A DNA stretch of 64,000 nucleotides from Squalus acanthias (Eukaryota), in assembly GCA_030390025.1 (NCBI GenBank), contig CM059431.1, forward strand, positions 113,710,001 through 113,774,000. The letters are read 5' to 3'. Position 1 is the first letter of the stretch. Each line of letters starts with the position of its first letter. Shown here piece after piece: positions 39,701 to 53,024 of the stretch. The notes beneath the pieces are model-generated. The model saw nothing but the letters and a program-made list of their open reading frames with translations, was not told the origin of the DNA and did no database searches. The translations under genes and the position numbers were made by a program.

Positions 39701-40064
39701 CCCTACTACATCCTTTCATTATGCTACTTAATATACAAAAAAATACCTCCGTTAGATGCAATGCCTTCAGCTGGGCAGAAGGCAGCTTGGGTTGCAACCA
39801 AAAGCCCAATCCTCTGAATCCTCTGAACTTGTTTATGCTTCATCAATGGTAGAAAATGAAAGCCCAATCAGCAAAAATGAATTTGCATACATTTTTGCCA
39901 GTGGTCTCATACCATTTGAACTTTCATGGACCAGTAACCCTTTCTGTTGTTAAAAGAGTGCAGTATCTACAAGTGGAGGAATGGTGACGTGAGTGCAATT
40001 TACTGGTACCTTGTGATCAGAGAATGTCACTTGATTACTAAAATTGCCTGCAGCATGGTGATGG

Positions 40065-43000
40065 TTTTTTTTCATTCGTTTTTATGGGATGTGGGCGTCG
40101 CTGGCAATGCCAGCATTTATTGCCCATCCCTAGTTGCCCTTGTGAAGATGGTGGTGAGCCAACTTCTTGAACCGCTGCAGTCCATGTGGTGAGGGTACTC
40201 CCACAGTCCTGTTAGGGAGGGAGCTCCAGGATTTTGACCCAGCGACGATGAAGGATCGGCGATATACTTCTAAGTCATGATGGTGTGTGACTTGGAGTAG
40301 AACTTGGAGGTGGTGGTGTTCCCATGAGCCTGCTGCCCTTGTCCTTCTAGGTGGAAGAGGTCGCGGGTTTGGAAGGTGCTGCCGAAGAAGCCTTGGCAAG
40401 TTGCTGCAGTGCATCTTGTAGCTGGTACACCCTGTAGCCACGGTACACCAGTGGTGGAGGGAGTGCCAATCAAGCGGGCTGCTTTGTCCTGTATGGTGTC
40501 GAGCTTCTTGAGTGTTGTTGGAGCTGCACTTGTCCAGGCAAGTGGAGAGTATTCCCTCACACTCCTTACTTGTGCCTTGTAGATGGTAGAAAGGCTTTGG
40601 GGAGTTAGGAGGTGAGCCACTCGCCACAGAATACCTAGCCTCTGACCTACTCTTGTTGCTACAGTATTTATGTGGCTGGTCCAGTTAAGTTTCTGGTCAA
40701 TGGTGAACCCCAGGATGTTGATGGTGGGGGATTCGGTGATGGTAATGCCATTGAATGTCAAGGGGCGGTGGTTAGACTCTCGCTTGTTGGAGATAGTCAT
40801 TGCCTGGCACTTCTGTGGCGCGAATGTTACCTGCCACTTATCAGCCCAAGCCTGAATGTTGTCCAGGTCTTGTTGCATGCGGGCATGGACTGCTTCATTA
40901 TCTGAGGAGTTGTGAATGGCACTGAACACTGTGCAGTCATCAGCGAACATCCCCATTTCTGACCTTATGTTGGAGGGAAGGTCATTGATGAAGCAGCTGA
41001 AGATGGTTGGGCCTAGGACACTGCCTTGGGGAACTCCTGCAGTGATGTCCTGGGGCTGTGATGATTGACCTTCAATCACCACAACCATCTTCCTTTGCGC
41101 TAGGTATGAATCCAGCTAGTTTTCCCCCCGATTCCCATTGACGTCCATTTTACTCGGGCTCCTTCATGCCACAACTGGTCAAATGCTGCCTTGATGTCAA
41201 GGGCAGTCAATCTCAACTCACCTCTGGAATTCAGCTCCTTTATCCATGTTTGGACCAAGGCTGTAATGAGGTCAGGAGCCGAGTGGTCTTGGCGGAACCC
41301 AAACTGGGCATCAGTGAGCAGGTTATTGGTGAGTAAGTGCCACTTGATAGCACTGTCGTTGACATCTTCCATCACTTAGCTGATGATTGAGAGCAGACTG
41401 ATGGGGCGGTAATTGGCCGGGTTGGATTTGTCCTGTTTTTTGCGGACAGGATATACCTGGGCAGTTTTTCACATTGTCAGATAGATGCCAGTGTTGTAGC
41501 TGTACTGGAACAGCTTGGCTAGAGGCACGGCTTGTTCTGGAGCACAAGTCTTCAGCACGATAGCCGGGATGTTGTCGGGGCCCACAGCCTTTTCTGTATC
41601 CAGTGCGCTCAGCTATTTCTTGATATCACGTGAAGTGAATCGAATTGGCTGAAGTCTGGCTTCTGTGATGGTGGAGACCTCAGGAGGAGGTCGATATGGA
41701 TCATCCACTCGGCACTTCTGGCAGAAGATGGTTGCAAACGCTTCAACCTTGTCTTTTGCACTCCCGTGCTGGGCTCCACTATCATTGAGGATGGGGATAT
41801 TCATGGAGCCTCCTCCTCCCATTAGTTGTTTAATGGTCCACCACCATTCATGACTGGATGTGGCAGGACCGCAGAGCTTTGATCTGATCCGTTGATTGTG
41901 GGATCGCTTAGCTCTGTCCATAGCATGCTGCTTCCGCTTTTTAGCATGCATGTAGTCCTGTGTTGCAGCTTCCCCAGGTTGGCACCTCATTTTTTTTAGG
42001 TACGCCTGGTGCTGCTCTTGGCATGCTCTTCTACACTCCTTATTGAACCAGGGTTGGTCCCCTGGCTTGATGGTAATGGTAGAGTGAGGGATATGCTGGG
42101 CCATGAGGTTACAGATTGTGGTGGAATACAATTCTGCTGCTGCTGATAGCCCACAGCACCTCATGGATGCCCAGTTTTGAGCTGCTAGATCTGTTCTGAA
42201 TCTATCCCATTTAGCACGGTGGTAGTGCCACACAACACGATGGAGGGTGTCCTCAGTGTGAAGACGGGACTTCATCGCCACAATGACTGTGTCACTGCTA
42301 CCAATACAGTCATGGACAGATGCATCTGTGACAGGTAGATTGGTGAGGATGAGGTCAAGTAGGTTTTTCCCTCGTGTTGGGTCTCTCACCACCTGTCGCA
42401 GGCCCAGACTGGCAGCTATGTCCTTCAGGACTCGGCCAGCTTGGCCAGTAGTGGTGCTACCGAGCCACTCTTGGTGATGGACATTGAAGTACACCCAGTG
42501 TACATTCTGTGCCCTTGCTACTCTCAGTGCTTCTTCCAAGTGGTGTTCAACATGGCGGAGTACTGGTTCATCAGCCGAAGGAGGGCGGTAGGTGGTAATC
42601 AGCAGGAGGTTTCCTTGCCCATGCTTGACCTGAAGCCATGATACTTCATGGAGTCTGGAGTCAATGTTGAGGACTCCCAGGACCACTCCTTCCCGACTGT
42701 ATACCACTGTGCCGCCACCCCTGGTGGGTCTGTCCTGCCGGTGGGACAGGACATACCCAGGGATGGTGATGGAGGAGTCTGGGACATTGGCTGAAAGGTA
42801 TGATTCTGTGAGTATGACTATGTCAGGCTGTTGCTTGACTAGTCTGTGGGACAGCTCTTCCAATTTTGGCACAAGTCCCCAGATGTTAGTGAGGAGGACT
42901 TTGCAGGGTCGACTGGGCTGGGTGTGCCGTTGTCGTCTCAATAGTCGGTGCCAAAGTCGATGCAAGGTGGTCCATCCGGTTTTATTCTTATTGTTTTTCG

Positions 43001-43356
43001 TAGCATTTTTTTTACAACTGAGTGGCTTGCTAGGCCATTTCAGAGGGCAGTTAAGAGTCAACCACATTGCTGTGGGTCTGGAGTCACATTTGGGCCAGAT
43101 CAGGTAAGGACAGCAGATTTCTTTCCCTAAAGGACATTAGTGAACCAGATGGGTTTTTATGACAACCCAATAGTTTCATGGTCACCGTTACTGATACTAG
43201 CTTTTTATTCCAGATTTATTTAATTAACTAAATTTAAATTCCCCAGCTGCTGTGGTGGGATTTGAACTCACGGTTTTTTGAACTCACGTCTCCGGATCAT
43301 TAGTCGAGGCCTGCTGGATTACTAGTCCAGTAACATAACCACTATGCTACCATTCC
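40065..43356 (-). mobile_element. Near full-length CR1-group LINE family B (tRNA-like head, EN+RT, no ORF1)
   Basis: EN motifs TNIWGL, DIVILTESYL, YRPP, LDLIL; RT motifs QFGFR, GVPQGSVLGP, FADD; several frameshifts; A/B boxes at the 5' end. Confidence 0.92.
43258..43349 (-). promoter_or_regulatory. Pol III type-2 promoter of the LINE head
   Basis: A box TAGCATAGTGG (43339-43349); B box GAGTTCAAATCC (43258-43269) with a local duplicate GTGAGTTCAAA. Confidence 0.7.
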
Positions 43357-43830
43357 TGGTAAGTTGCTGCCCTTCCACGATATGATCAATGAAATAAAAC
43401 CTCCTCTTCAAAATCTCAAAAGTATGCTCTATCACTGAACATGTAGCACGGCATGCCTTCCATATTGATTCTTGCTCAGGGTTTTGAAGATGTGGCACAG
43501 AAGTCATTAGTTAGAGCTTCAGGCAGAAACCATGGTCACCTACCAAAAACAATTCAAGTGAAATTGTAAACAGCATGTTCAGAATGAATACCCCAGGCCT
43601 ACAGCTAACACCTTTCAACCAGCCAGCCCTTGGTTATTTCTATTGCTCTTAAGCAGTCTGCACAGGGAACCAGCAATCAGGGCAAATGGCACTTTGTAAG
43701 CATGTCTGTAATAAATTTACTGGCACTACGTACCATCTGGGCATTCGCAAAATTAAATCCTTTCCTGTTGCAGATGTGATTCAGTATGAACCAGTCTTTC
43801 AGTGGGGCTTGTGGGCAACATTTTTCTGGC
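43357..43830 (-). pseudogene. Ancient Harbinger transposase relic
   Basis: CNRKGFNFANAQMV and TCSVIEHTFEILKRRFYFID match [13 protein letters not shown] and [24 protein letters not shown] motifs. Confidence 0.7.
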
Positions 43831-44409
43831 AGTATTTTCTCTCCTCTTCTGCCTCTCATTTTTTCTTAATTTTGCCCAAAGTAAGAAACCTGTACCTGAC
43901 CAAGCAAAAACCACATTTGATTTTGTTAAACAGGGCACGAAATAGGAAGCAGTGGTTTGGACACATAACCAGTAGAGACGGGACAATTTAATGGTAAACC
44001 CAATTCAACTATTTGTGTTTGATGTCTGACCTATTGACTTCATATTCTTTTATAGTTGGTTGTCCCTTGTTTTTCCTTACATATTTAATTTCTTGACCTT
44101 TTTAAAAGGACAGCTCAACCCTAATTATAATTGTGGATCAGCAGAAAGTTCACTCACTATTGCATCTACTGGAGGTTCTGTTTGGTTCCAGCTGGGCAAA
44201 GCTGCTGGTGTCAGAAATCGCCGAGATAAACTGGGTTCTTAAAGAACTGCTTTAACCCTTTTACTTCTGAAGGAATAATGCAGATACATTTATACCGAGG
44301 AGGTAGAGTCATATCCTATTCATTTAAAAATAAGTTCGGGTATGTTGGTGCAATAAAGCTGCAGCATCATTTTTCTTTCCTTCCCAAATTTCATGAGTGC
44401 ATCAAAAAA

Positions 44410-44762
44410 TATATAATTCTGTCAATAAAAAGCTGGTGCCAGTAAAAGTGACCATGAAGCTGTCGGATTGTCATAAAAACCCAACCAGTTCACTGATGTC
44501 CGACAGGGAAGAAAACTTGCTGTCCTTACCCGATCGAGCATATACGTGGCTCCAGTCCCACACCAATGTGGTTGACTATTAACTGCTCTCCGAATAGGTC
44601 GCGCAAGACGTTTGTTTGTATCAAACTGCTACAAAGAATAACAAGCACCGCACGGACTACAGTGTTTCAAGAAGGAGGATCAGCACCACCTTCTCAGGGC
44701 AACGAGGGATGGGTTAGAAATGCCGACCTTGCCAGTGGCGCCCAATCCCGAGAATGAATTTA
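44410..44762 (+). mobile_element. Short bipartite element: LINE-B 5' leader joined to LINE-B 3' tail
   Basis: GTGACCATGAA..TAAAAACCCA..GTCCTTACC..AATGTGGTTGACT matches the rc of about 43030-43230; CACCACCTTCTC..GGGATGGG..CTTGCCAG matches the LINE tail. Confidence 0.8.
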
Positions 44763-45787
44763 CGGTTCCACAAATGACGATTGCCCTCCAGTACCACCGC
44801 CCAAGTGTCCTTTCTTCACTTTTACGGCTGGCAAAGAGTCTTTGTGGGTTATCTAACTGTCTGAGCACCGCAATGGAGCCTAACCCAGGGAACATGCAAT
44901 GCTGCTCTCCTTGGTTATGGTAACTGGGCATTTTTATTTTTAATTCAGGGAGAGCACAGGCTGGTAGAACATTTACAGCTCATATAAGTCCTGTGTCGAG
45001 GGCCTAAGGTAACTGTTAGCAATTGTGTTGACATTCACCTCAAAACAGAAGTGTTCTCTCCCATCCCTGCACTTTTCCCTTGTGACTAAACTAAAGTGGC
45101 AGGAAAGCTACCTTGATATTGATGCTGAAGATAGATCTAGAATCCTTTACATTATAACAGAGTTTAATATTAATTACTAATATTACCAATTCTTTGCTTC
45201 CCTTCCTAACTTGCTGAAAATTATTGCAGAGTTTATTCTAGATATATTAATTTTGATAAGAGTGAGGGCATAACAAAGCTTCATTGGTATGAGGTGACAT
45301 CATTTTGGAATTTTACACAATTATGTTTGGGGAGAAAGGAGAATCTTTTCCTAACTTTCCCCCATGCACATAAATAAGTCTGGTGGAGTCCATGAAAGGG
45401 CAAATTGAACATGGTTTATGGAGACATGGGGCTAGAAATTCATTATAGCCCAGGAATTGGTGGTATAGTTAGAAAAGTTGGAGAATTAGCGCCAGGCGCT
45501 AATGCTTTAGATTGCATGCAAAATTCATGCTCACTGCTCAAAGAAATGATTGGAGCGCTAATTCAAGTCTTTAAGCCCAAGCTGATTGCTGTTATACTCA
45601 AAGGGTGGATCAATATCAGGTGCAGTCCAATCGCAGGTCATGATTGTCACAGGCTTTTTCCAGTTCTTAAAGGGAAGGTTCATTGATGCTGCAGAACCTC
45701 ATTCTCAGCATTACTGGCTGTGCAGCTGCCTCAGCAAGCAGCAGCAGGTCAAGGAGAAGGAGCCAGAGGACTGAAGCAGCTGTACTC

Positions 45788-47680
45788 ATGGCAGATCCAC
45801 GCCCCAGGGAGAGAGCCCGCAGAATCTGCGATCAAGCATTGGAGGCACTGGTGTTCGCTGTGGAGAGACGGAGGGCGGTGCTCTACTTGGCAAGTAGCAG
45901 GAGGCCCTCGCTGCAAGTCTTCCAGACCATGTGCAGAGAGGTAGCACAGCACATCTCGGACAGCACTGTGGTCCTCCGGACCCATACACAGTGCAGGAAG
46001 AAATTTAACGACCTCACTCGGGTGGTCAGGGTGAGTCAATGCTTCAACAAATGCTACATACCACCATCTGTACCACAATCTTCACACACTGTCCAAAGCA
46101 CAACATCCCCAGCACTCACCCACCAACTATCTCTACCTACCAACACTCACACCCACATCTCACACCTTGCACACAATGACAGCTATTCAACTATGACCTG
46201 CACATCACCCAAACACATTGCTCCACACTCATGCACACACTTTCCTTTCTCTTGAAGACTAAGGTGGCTCATAACAGGAGGGAGCAGGAGCGCATAGGCG
46301 GGGGACAAGCTGACACCCAACCACTGTCTGCGCTGGAGAATAGAGTGCTGCAGATTATTGGGCGCCATGACCACTGGCAACGTTGACCCCCTTGGGGACA
46401 AAAACGGTATGTTCATCCCTACTCCTTCTTCTCACATCCCACTTCCGCCTCACCCCACAAGCGTTTCGCACTTTCCAGCTAATCTTGCTGTATGCATGCA
46501 TTTCTCCCTTCCTGCCCCCCTCCCCTCACCTTAACCTGACTCTTGTGCCTTTATGCATTCAGATAATGAGCAAGCACTGGAGCAGCCTATCCCTGAGGGC
46601 ACCGTTGAGAGTGAGGCAGGAGAAGATGAGGAGGAAGAACACACTGCATCACTGCATGTCTCACCCGCAGGCACCAGCTCAGATACTGGCACTACGCGTT
46701 CTTTAGAGGCTAGTATCGTAGCAGGATCTGCACAGGGTGAGGCACCAGGAACAAGTGGGCTGCAGCAAGGCCAGGGGGAAAGGGTAGCTCGGGAGCCAGC
46801 TTGCCGGAGGGCAAGTTCGCGCGCGAGTTCTGCTGCACAGGACTCAGATGAGGACCTCGATGGGGAGGCCTTTAGAAGAAGGGTGATGGGCATGCACACG
46901 GAGATGATAGGTGCAATGGCAAGGATACCCGAGAGCCTCTCGGCAATGATAAGGAGCGTGGAGGAGTCTGCCTCCAACATTGCACAAGGCTCTGTGCACA
47001 CCATGGAGCCCATCATTTCCAGTCTGCAAAGGATGGTGGACTCCCAGAGAGACTGTGGCAACCCAGACCTGATGTTGCGTGTGATGGGCGATCTGGCAGC
47101 TTTCATTGCAGCACAGGCGGAAGTGACGCAACATCTTAGTGCTGTAATGCAGTCTATGCTTGGTGGCATCCAATCTCAGACTGCTCTCATGCAGTCTCAG
47201 CTTGATGCCACGCAAGCTCTGACTGCTGCCATCGTGGCTGGGTCTACCACCGTCAACGGGGTCTTACACGGTGTCGCAGCAGGCCAGCAATCTGTGCTGC
47301 AACAGATTGCTAGGGATGCTGAGGTACTGCCCCGGGGGAGTGTCAGTGGGTCAGTGAAGCAGGAAGCAGCTGTCCTCTCTCAGGATGACAGCATTCCTGC
47401 TCCCACCACTGCCACTCCGCCATTGCCCTTGTCGCTGCCTGTCATCCAGCCAGTCCAGACTGCTGCCGCCCATGCTGAGGTGATGCAGTCTACAGCCGGG
47501 CCTTCCAGGCCCAGAGCTGGTTGAAGGCGTCCTGCAAGGCCATCTGACGTCTCCCGCACGGACACTCAGCAGCCTTCCACCAGCCGTGCTGCAGCCACCA
47601 GGCCAACACTTCATAGGAGCACTAGAGTAGGCAAAGGCGCAGTAATGAGGGGTACTAAGGGATTGCACAAGGGTGAATAG
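45788..47680 (+). pseudogene. H1 Myb/SANT DNA-binding gene; exons 45788-46030, 46258-46406, 46563-47680
   Basis: RERARRICDQALEALV...RTHTQCRKKFNDLTR; GT-AG introns; exon 2 shortened and frameshifted; premature TGA at 47522. Confidence 0.85.
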
Positions 47681-47832
47681 TTAATATTTTTGTTGTAAGT
47701 ATGTGTTCACTGATTTTTGATAAATTTATTAATTCAGTTTGGATTCGTTTGTGGTGTCTCTCATTTCAGGTTCGCGCTGTGATATGGCCTATGATGGGGA
47801 TGTGGTGGGCAATGGGGATCTTGGGTTTAATT

Positions 47833-50148
47833 CTTTCGAACCGCAGTCTGATGAGGCGATCACGGACCGCCCTTCCGGAAGGACTATTGAGTGGCTGCCT
47901 CCTCCCTCACTCCTGTTCCTCCTCCTCCTCGTCCTCCTTGTCTTCCTCATCCTCCTCTTCCTCCTCTCCCTCTTCCTCCTCCTGAGGTGGTCCCACAATC
48001 CCTGGTGGCAAGGGCTGGGCCCTCATGATGGCCAAGTTGTGGAGCATGCAGCAGACCACCATGAAATGGAACACCCGCTCCGGCAAGTACTGGAGGGCTC
48101 CTCCCGAGCGGTCAAGGCAGTGGAACCATTGCTTGAGTACCCCGATGGTCTGCTCGATGATGTTCCTGGTGGCGGCATGGCTCTCATTATATGAGTGCTG
48201 GGCAGGAGTGTTGGGGTTGCAGAGGGGACTCATGAACCAGGTGGAGAGCAGATAGCCCTTGTCTCCGACCAGCCAGCCGCGAGCTCGATGTGGTGGCTGG
48301 AAAGGTACTGGCACACCGATCTGGCGCAGGATGAAGGCATCGTGGCTGTTGCCAGGATAGCGGGCATTCACATTGAGGATTCGCTGTTTGTGGTCACACA
48401 GCAACTGCACATTAAGTGAGTGGTAGCCTTTGCAGTTATGGAAGAGCCCAGGATTGTTATGAGGTGCCCGCAAAGCCACGTGTATGCATTCAATGGCGCC
48501 CTGCACCACGGGGAATCCCGCTAAGCTGGCAAAGCCACATGCACCCTCGTCCTGCTTCTCTCTGGTGATGGGGAAGGAAATGTAGTCCCTCCCCTACTGT
48601 AGAGAGCCTCTGTGACCTCCTGGATGCAGCGATGGATGGCGAACTGCGAGATGTTAGCTATGTCTCCTGTTGCAGACTGGAAGGATCCGCTGGCGAAGAA
48701 ATTGAGGGTGACGGTGACCTTGACTGCCATTGAGAGAGCCGTGGTCGTCCTGATCTGAGGCTCGAGGTCTGGCTGCAGGAGGTGGCAGAGTTCTTTGACC
48801 AGCTCCTTGGTGAAGCAGAGCCTTCTAATACACTGCTCCTCGTTTAATTAGAGGTCGGAGACGTGCTCTTGGAATACCTTCGGAGGGTAAGGCCTCCTGT
48901 TGAGAGCCCTGATTGAAGGGTTAATTATTAGTCCTAGCCCCTTTAGGGCTACCCCGGATCAAGCGTATTCCTCAGATGTTCACTTTCAACTAAAGTTTGA
49001 GGTAGCCGAATCCTAAAGACGCTTAATTGGGTCTAAAGGTCCGGACCATCTCTCCCTAAAGGAAAGGAATAACCTGAAAATGTTACTGTCCTCCAGATAG
49101 CACTTTTAATAAGTTTAGCTAGACTGTAACGTTTCGGATATTATGAGGGTCCGGAAAACTGCCCCAGAATTCTGCAACTCCTCACCAAAGAGCGTACAGA
49201 GATTGAGTTTGCGAGTTTGATACAGAAGTATTATGTGAGACAATTCTTAAAATATATAGATTTATTAAAGAACCGACATGTAATTTACAGTTGGTGAGTC
49301 AATCGCAACATTAACAGTTCCAAAAAGAGAAAGCTTTGCAATCTTATTATCAGAGATCTTTATTCTCAAATCTTAACTTCGCTACAGTTTTACAGTTCTT
49401 AGTCTTATTCAGGATATCCACCAAAATCAGTTCCTTTTGATCCCCGAGGTACAAAGAGTTGTAGACTTACAGAGCCACCTCTGAAGCCTGAGAATCGCTT
49501 TGCCCCTTTTCAGCGAATCTATTATCCTATTTGAGAGTTCAATATTTATACCCTTTTCCAGTGGTATTCCCTTTAAGATTTTCTGCTGATGTAAGCTAAT
49601 TATCTCTAGTCATTTTTCTGCTGACTTCTGCAATTCTTAGTCACCTCAGCTGGTAGCAATACAGACTCGTGTCTCCTCTAGGTGTTCCAAGCTTACCATA
49701 AAAAATGGTGTAACAGCAGGTGCATTTTATTTGATGTCATTTTTACTAAGGCCTTCTGTTTGTGCCTCTTTACGAAGTGTAAATTAGATCACCTTGTACA
49801 GGGTCACCATTGTCTGCTCCCAAAGATTCAGACTGTCGGGATCCTTTAACCTTCTGTTTCAATAAGGTTATTGATTCAGTGTCAACAACTATCTTATCTC
49901 TATTGCCAGAATGCTACTACAGCTTTTTCAGTTAGGTTTCCAGATTTCCAGACCCAGTTTGTCATGCTTTAATAAGGCCAGAATTCTTTCATAGTATGGT
50001 GTATTTTTCTGAATAGGTTTTATGGCTTATTCCTTCACATGATGGCCCTCCTCCTCCCTCTGGCCACATGTTCCACTCTTTCTCATTGCCTCCGCTCCCT
50101 CTGCCGTACATCCTGGAGGGTGAGGTCGACTGCCAGTACAGCCCCCAT
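47833..50148 (-). pseudogene. H1 Harbinger DDE transposase, split by the LTR
   Basis: [43 protein letters not shown]; frameshifts and stops. Confidence 0.92.
48914..50039 (-). mobile_element. Solo LTR, 1126 bp
   Basis: Termini TGAAGG...CCTTCACA; TSD TGAT; minus-strand TATAAA (49545-49550) and AATAAA (49261-49266); removal restores RAIRALNRRPYPPKVF. Confidence 0.88.
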
Positions 50149-53024
50149 TAATGTAACCAAGTGCAGTAGATGTTTTTTTAAGAATAAATGTAGCTACTTT
50201 TTTGTTGCCACAACACTACTGATACTAAATAACCTTGAAATTACGGAATAAGACTGTTGCACTATGTGAAACTGAAAAGAAAGCACTGAAACTCCACTAA
50301 CCTACAGCTGCAACTCATTACTGATGATCCCTTTAAATAACGTCCCTGGAGCCGGCTTCCTGTTGCTTCATGCCAGCTCTCCCTGTTGCTGTTTCCTCCC
50401 GGTGCTCAGGTAGGTGGCGACAATCAATTTTGCAGATCGGGTGGCCAGTGAACGTTGCACACTCACTGATATCATGATTCACCTGGCGTTGAGGCTCCCG
50501 GCGATAACTGTTAGCGGCGCGCTGCGGGTGGGGGGGTGGGGGGGGCGGGAATTGGCACGCGCCGTTGGATTTGCCTCGCCCTGGTGATAATGCTCTAGCA
50601 CCCTGTTAGCACCATCTGCTGGCGCTAACAGGAGGTGCTAAGGTACCAAATTTTTCCCCCATGGGCTTAATGAATTGCATAATCTGTTTAGTGACGTTCC
50701 TTTAGTCATATATTCTAAAGGGGTTATTGGACAATGTATGGCACAGTTTCTTTTAATCAGACCTTCAAGTGTAACCAGGAAGGCCTTATATATGAGAAAT
50801 TACCTTTTAACTATCCTAATTTCAGGAACAAATGTTAAATTATGCCTTTAGGCATGATGTTAACACCACTGAACTGTGAGGGAGGATATGTCTTCTTGCA
50901 GTAGTATTCCAATCTTGTAACGTATTAAAGATATTTTCTGCACACAAAAATTCGTCTGATTATTTTGCCAGATTGTATTTGTGGGAGTAGATCTATAAAC
51001 TTCTTAATAATGCACAACTACTTCCCATCTGGAGACATCTTAAATTTCCCTCAGTAATATACTTGCCCACTTTTAGGAAGTTGCCAGAAGGCCCTCACTA
51101 TATTTATAATCTTGTGCATAATAGTGTGGACCAGACGTATGATCAACTTTACATGCCACATACACTGACTCAGATTGATCACAAATATGAAACCTACATT
51201 CTTTGCAGGCCAACATGTGGCCTGCAGGCTAAAATAGAACTATTAATGAGAAGAAGTCGATTTGGACTATAGCTCACTCAACGTTTATTTGTAATAGACC
51301 AAAGACGACCGTGCAAGAAACTATTACGGTGGTGTTATTGTACTTCATCCTTATAAACTCTCATATTTCTAAAAGAACTATAGGACATAATTTTTCATCA
51401 TCATACTTTCTGAAGCTGCCTTCAAGTGAATTTTTATTAAGCGCATGAAGAACTATACAAAGCCAATAGACTTCCCATTAGAAAGTGCCTGGCCCCAGCT
51501 GATCAGCTCAATACACGCTGTTATTACACATTGGTATATCCCCACTACCCCACACCCCCCATCCCCCTCCAACTATCACAACAGGATTTGAAATATGCAT
51601 TAAGATAAGGTACCAGGGACTATGGTTAGACATTTTAATGTGTACTAGGGGTTTAACGTCATCAGATCTAAATACATAGCTTAACTGTATGCGTTCAATT
51701 CTGTTCTAGTAGATGTTATGACCCCAAGTTCGGATTGACAGCCACTTACTTCAATAACAATGGATTTGATATTAAGCTGTACAAATATTCGCATATGAAT
51801 GCTTAATGTTTCTGTTAAAATCGCAGGTAAAGAAGTATCATACGGCGATGTTAACCAATTTAAATTAAATGCCAGTGTGTATTACACACAGGTTTCCGCT
51901 TTCTCTCTAGATACAATGGTTATTTTGCTAATTTCATGATCAATATATTTTTTAATAAAATATAAAAATGGAAAATAACTTATATGTCCCCTTTTCTTTG
52001 GAACACATGCAAAATGTCAGACAGTGTGAATGCCATGCAGTAATGACATTCTGGTTTCTCTTGTGTGTGTATATATAGGGAATGGTGTCTGTACTCCATA
52101 TAGTATTCTATAGAATTTCAGGTTTCCATAACCTCTGAATGGTGCCTACATTTAGTCAAAACTCTGTTAACTAATCCATGGTGATTTAGAGTGTTTTATC
52201 TACCTCCCTTGACTGATGCTTTTGGGGATTAGAGGCCTTGGCCTGGTTTTGCCTGGTAACAGAAACAGGATCAAATGCAAGTTACAACCAAAAATCAATG
52301 TAGTGCAGCTAAGTAAATCTGAACGGCTGATGCTTAGGTCATGATAGACAGCTCATCAAGCTGACCCCAGCTAGTGCAGGTTATCCGATCATCACTCAAG
52401 GGTAAGGTATACTGAACCCTGTGTAAATCCTGAACACAAACCACAAGTCCTGGAATCTTCTTTTGCTTTCCCCAAAAGATCAGCGTTAATGTGGAGTATG
52501 TGCTATAAGGGATCTGCCTCGTTGCAAACAAAAAATATGTTATTCTAGAGTGTTGATTTTCACTTGTGCAGCAAGGGAGAATGTAAGGGTAGCATTGTAA
52601 CATAACCTATGACTCTGATGAGAAAGTGACACCACAAAAAGCAGCTGATACTACATTGAAGAGTAGGCCAAGGGTATTTCACAATAGGACAGGACATGCA
52701 CAACAAGCATGCATCAAGATTAGTAATGCTGGCTTAGACTTCTGGTAACGTGGGGGCGATTTTCCCATTGGAGGGGGGTTTCAGTTTGGGTGGGTTCCGA
52801 ACCCGCCTCCACTGTCAGGTGGGAAAAAGTTGCGATTTTCCCCTAATTGGCCAGTTAATTTCAGAGGTGTGGGTTCCCCTGGGAAAATTAGTCCTTTGGG
52901 ACTGAAACTCGCCTCTGCTGACATCACTTCTCCAGCTTCATTTCAGGGCTGCTTGCTGCCTTGGCTCATTCCACTGGTTTTTGGTCGATGCTGCACCACT
53001 TCCAAACTTTCATCACAGAGAAGA

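Larger units (their letters stand above)
45429..50660 (+). mobile_element. Full-length (dead) Harbinger transposon H1
   Basis: Imperfect TIRs GGGCTAGAAATT / AATTTTTCCCCC; TSD ATG; convergent Myb gene and transposase; contains a solo LTR. Confidence 0.92.

Noticed and set aside
43677..43859. Exon-like ORF ending NRKGFNFANAQM|gt
   Set aside because: Matches a Harbinger transposase motif; it is a relic rather than a host exon
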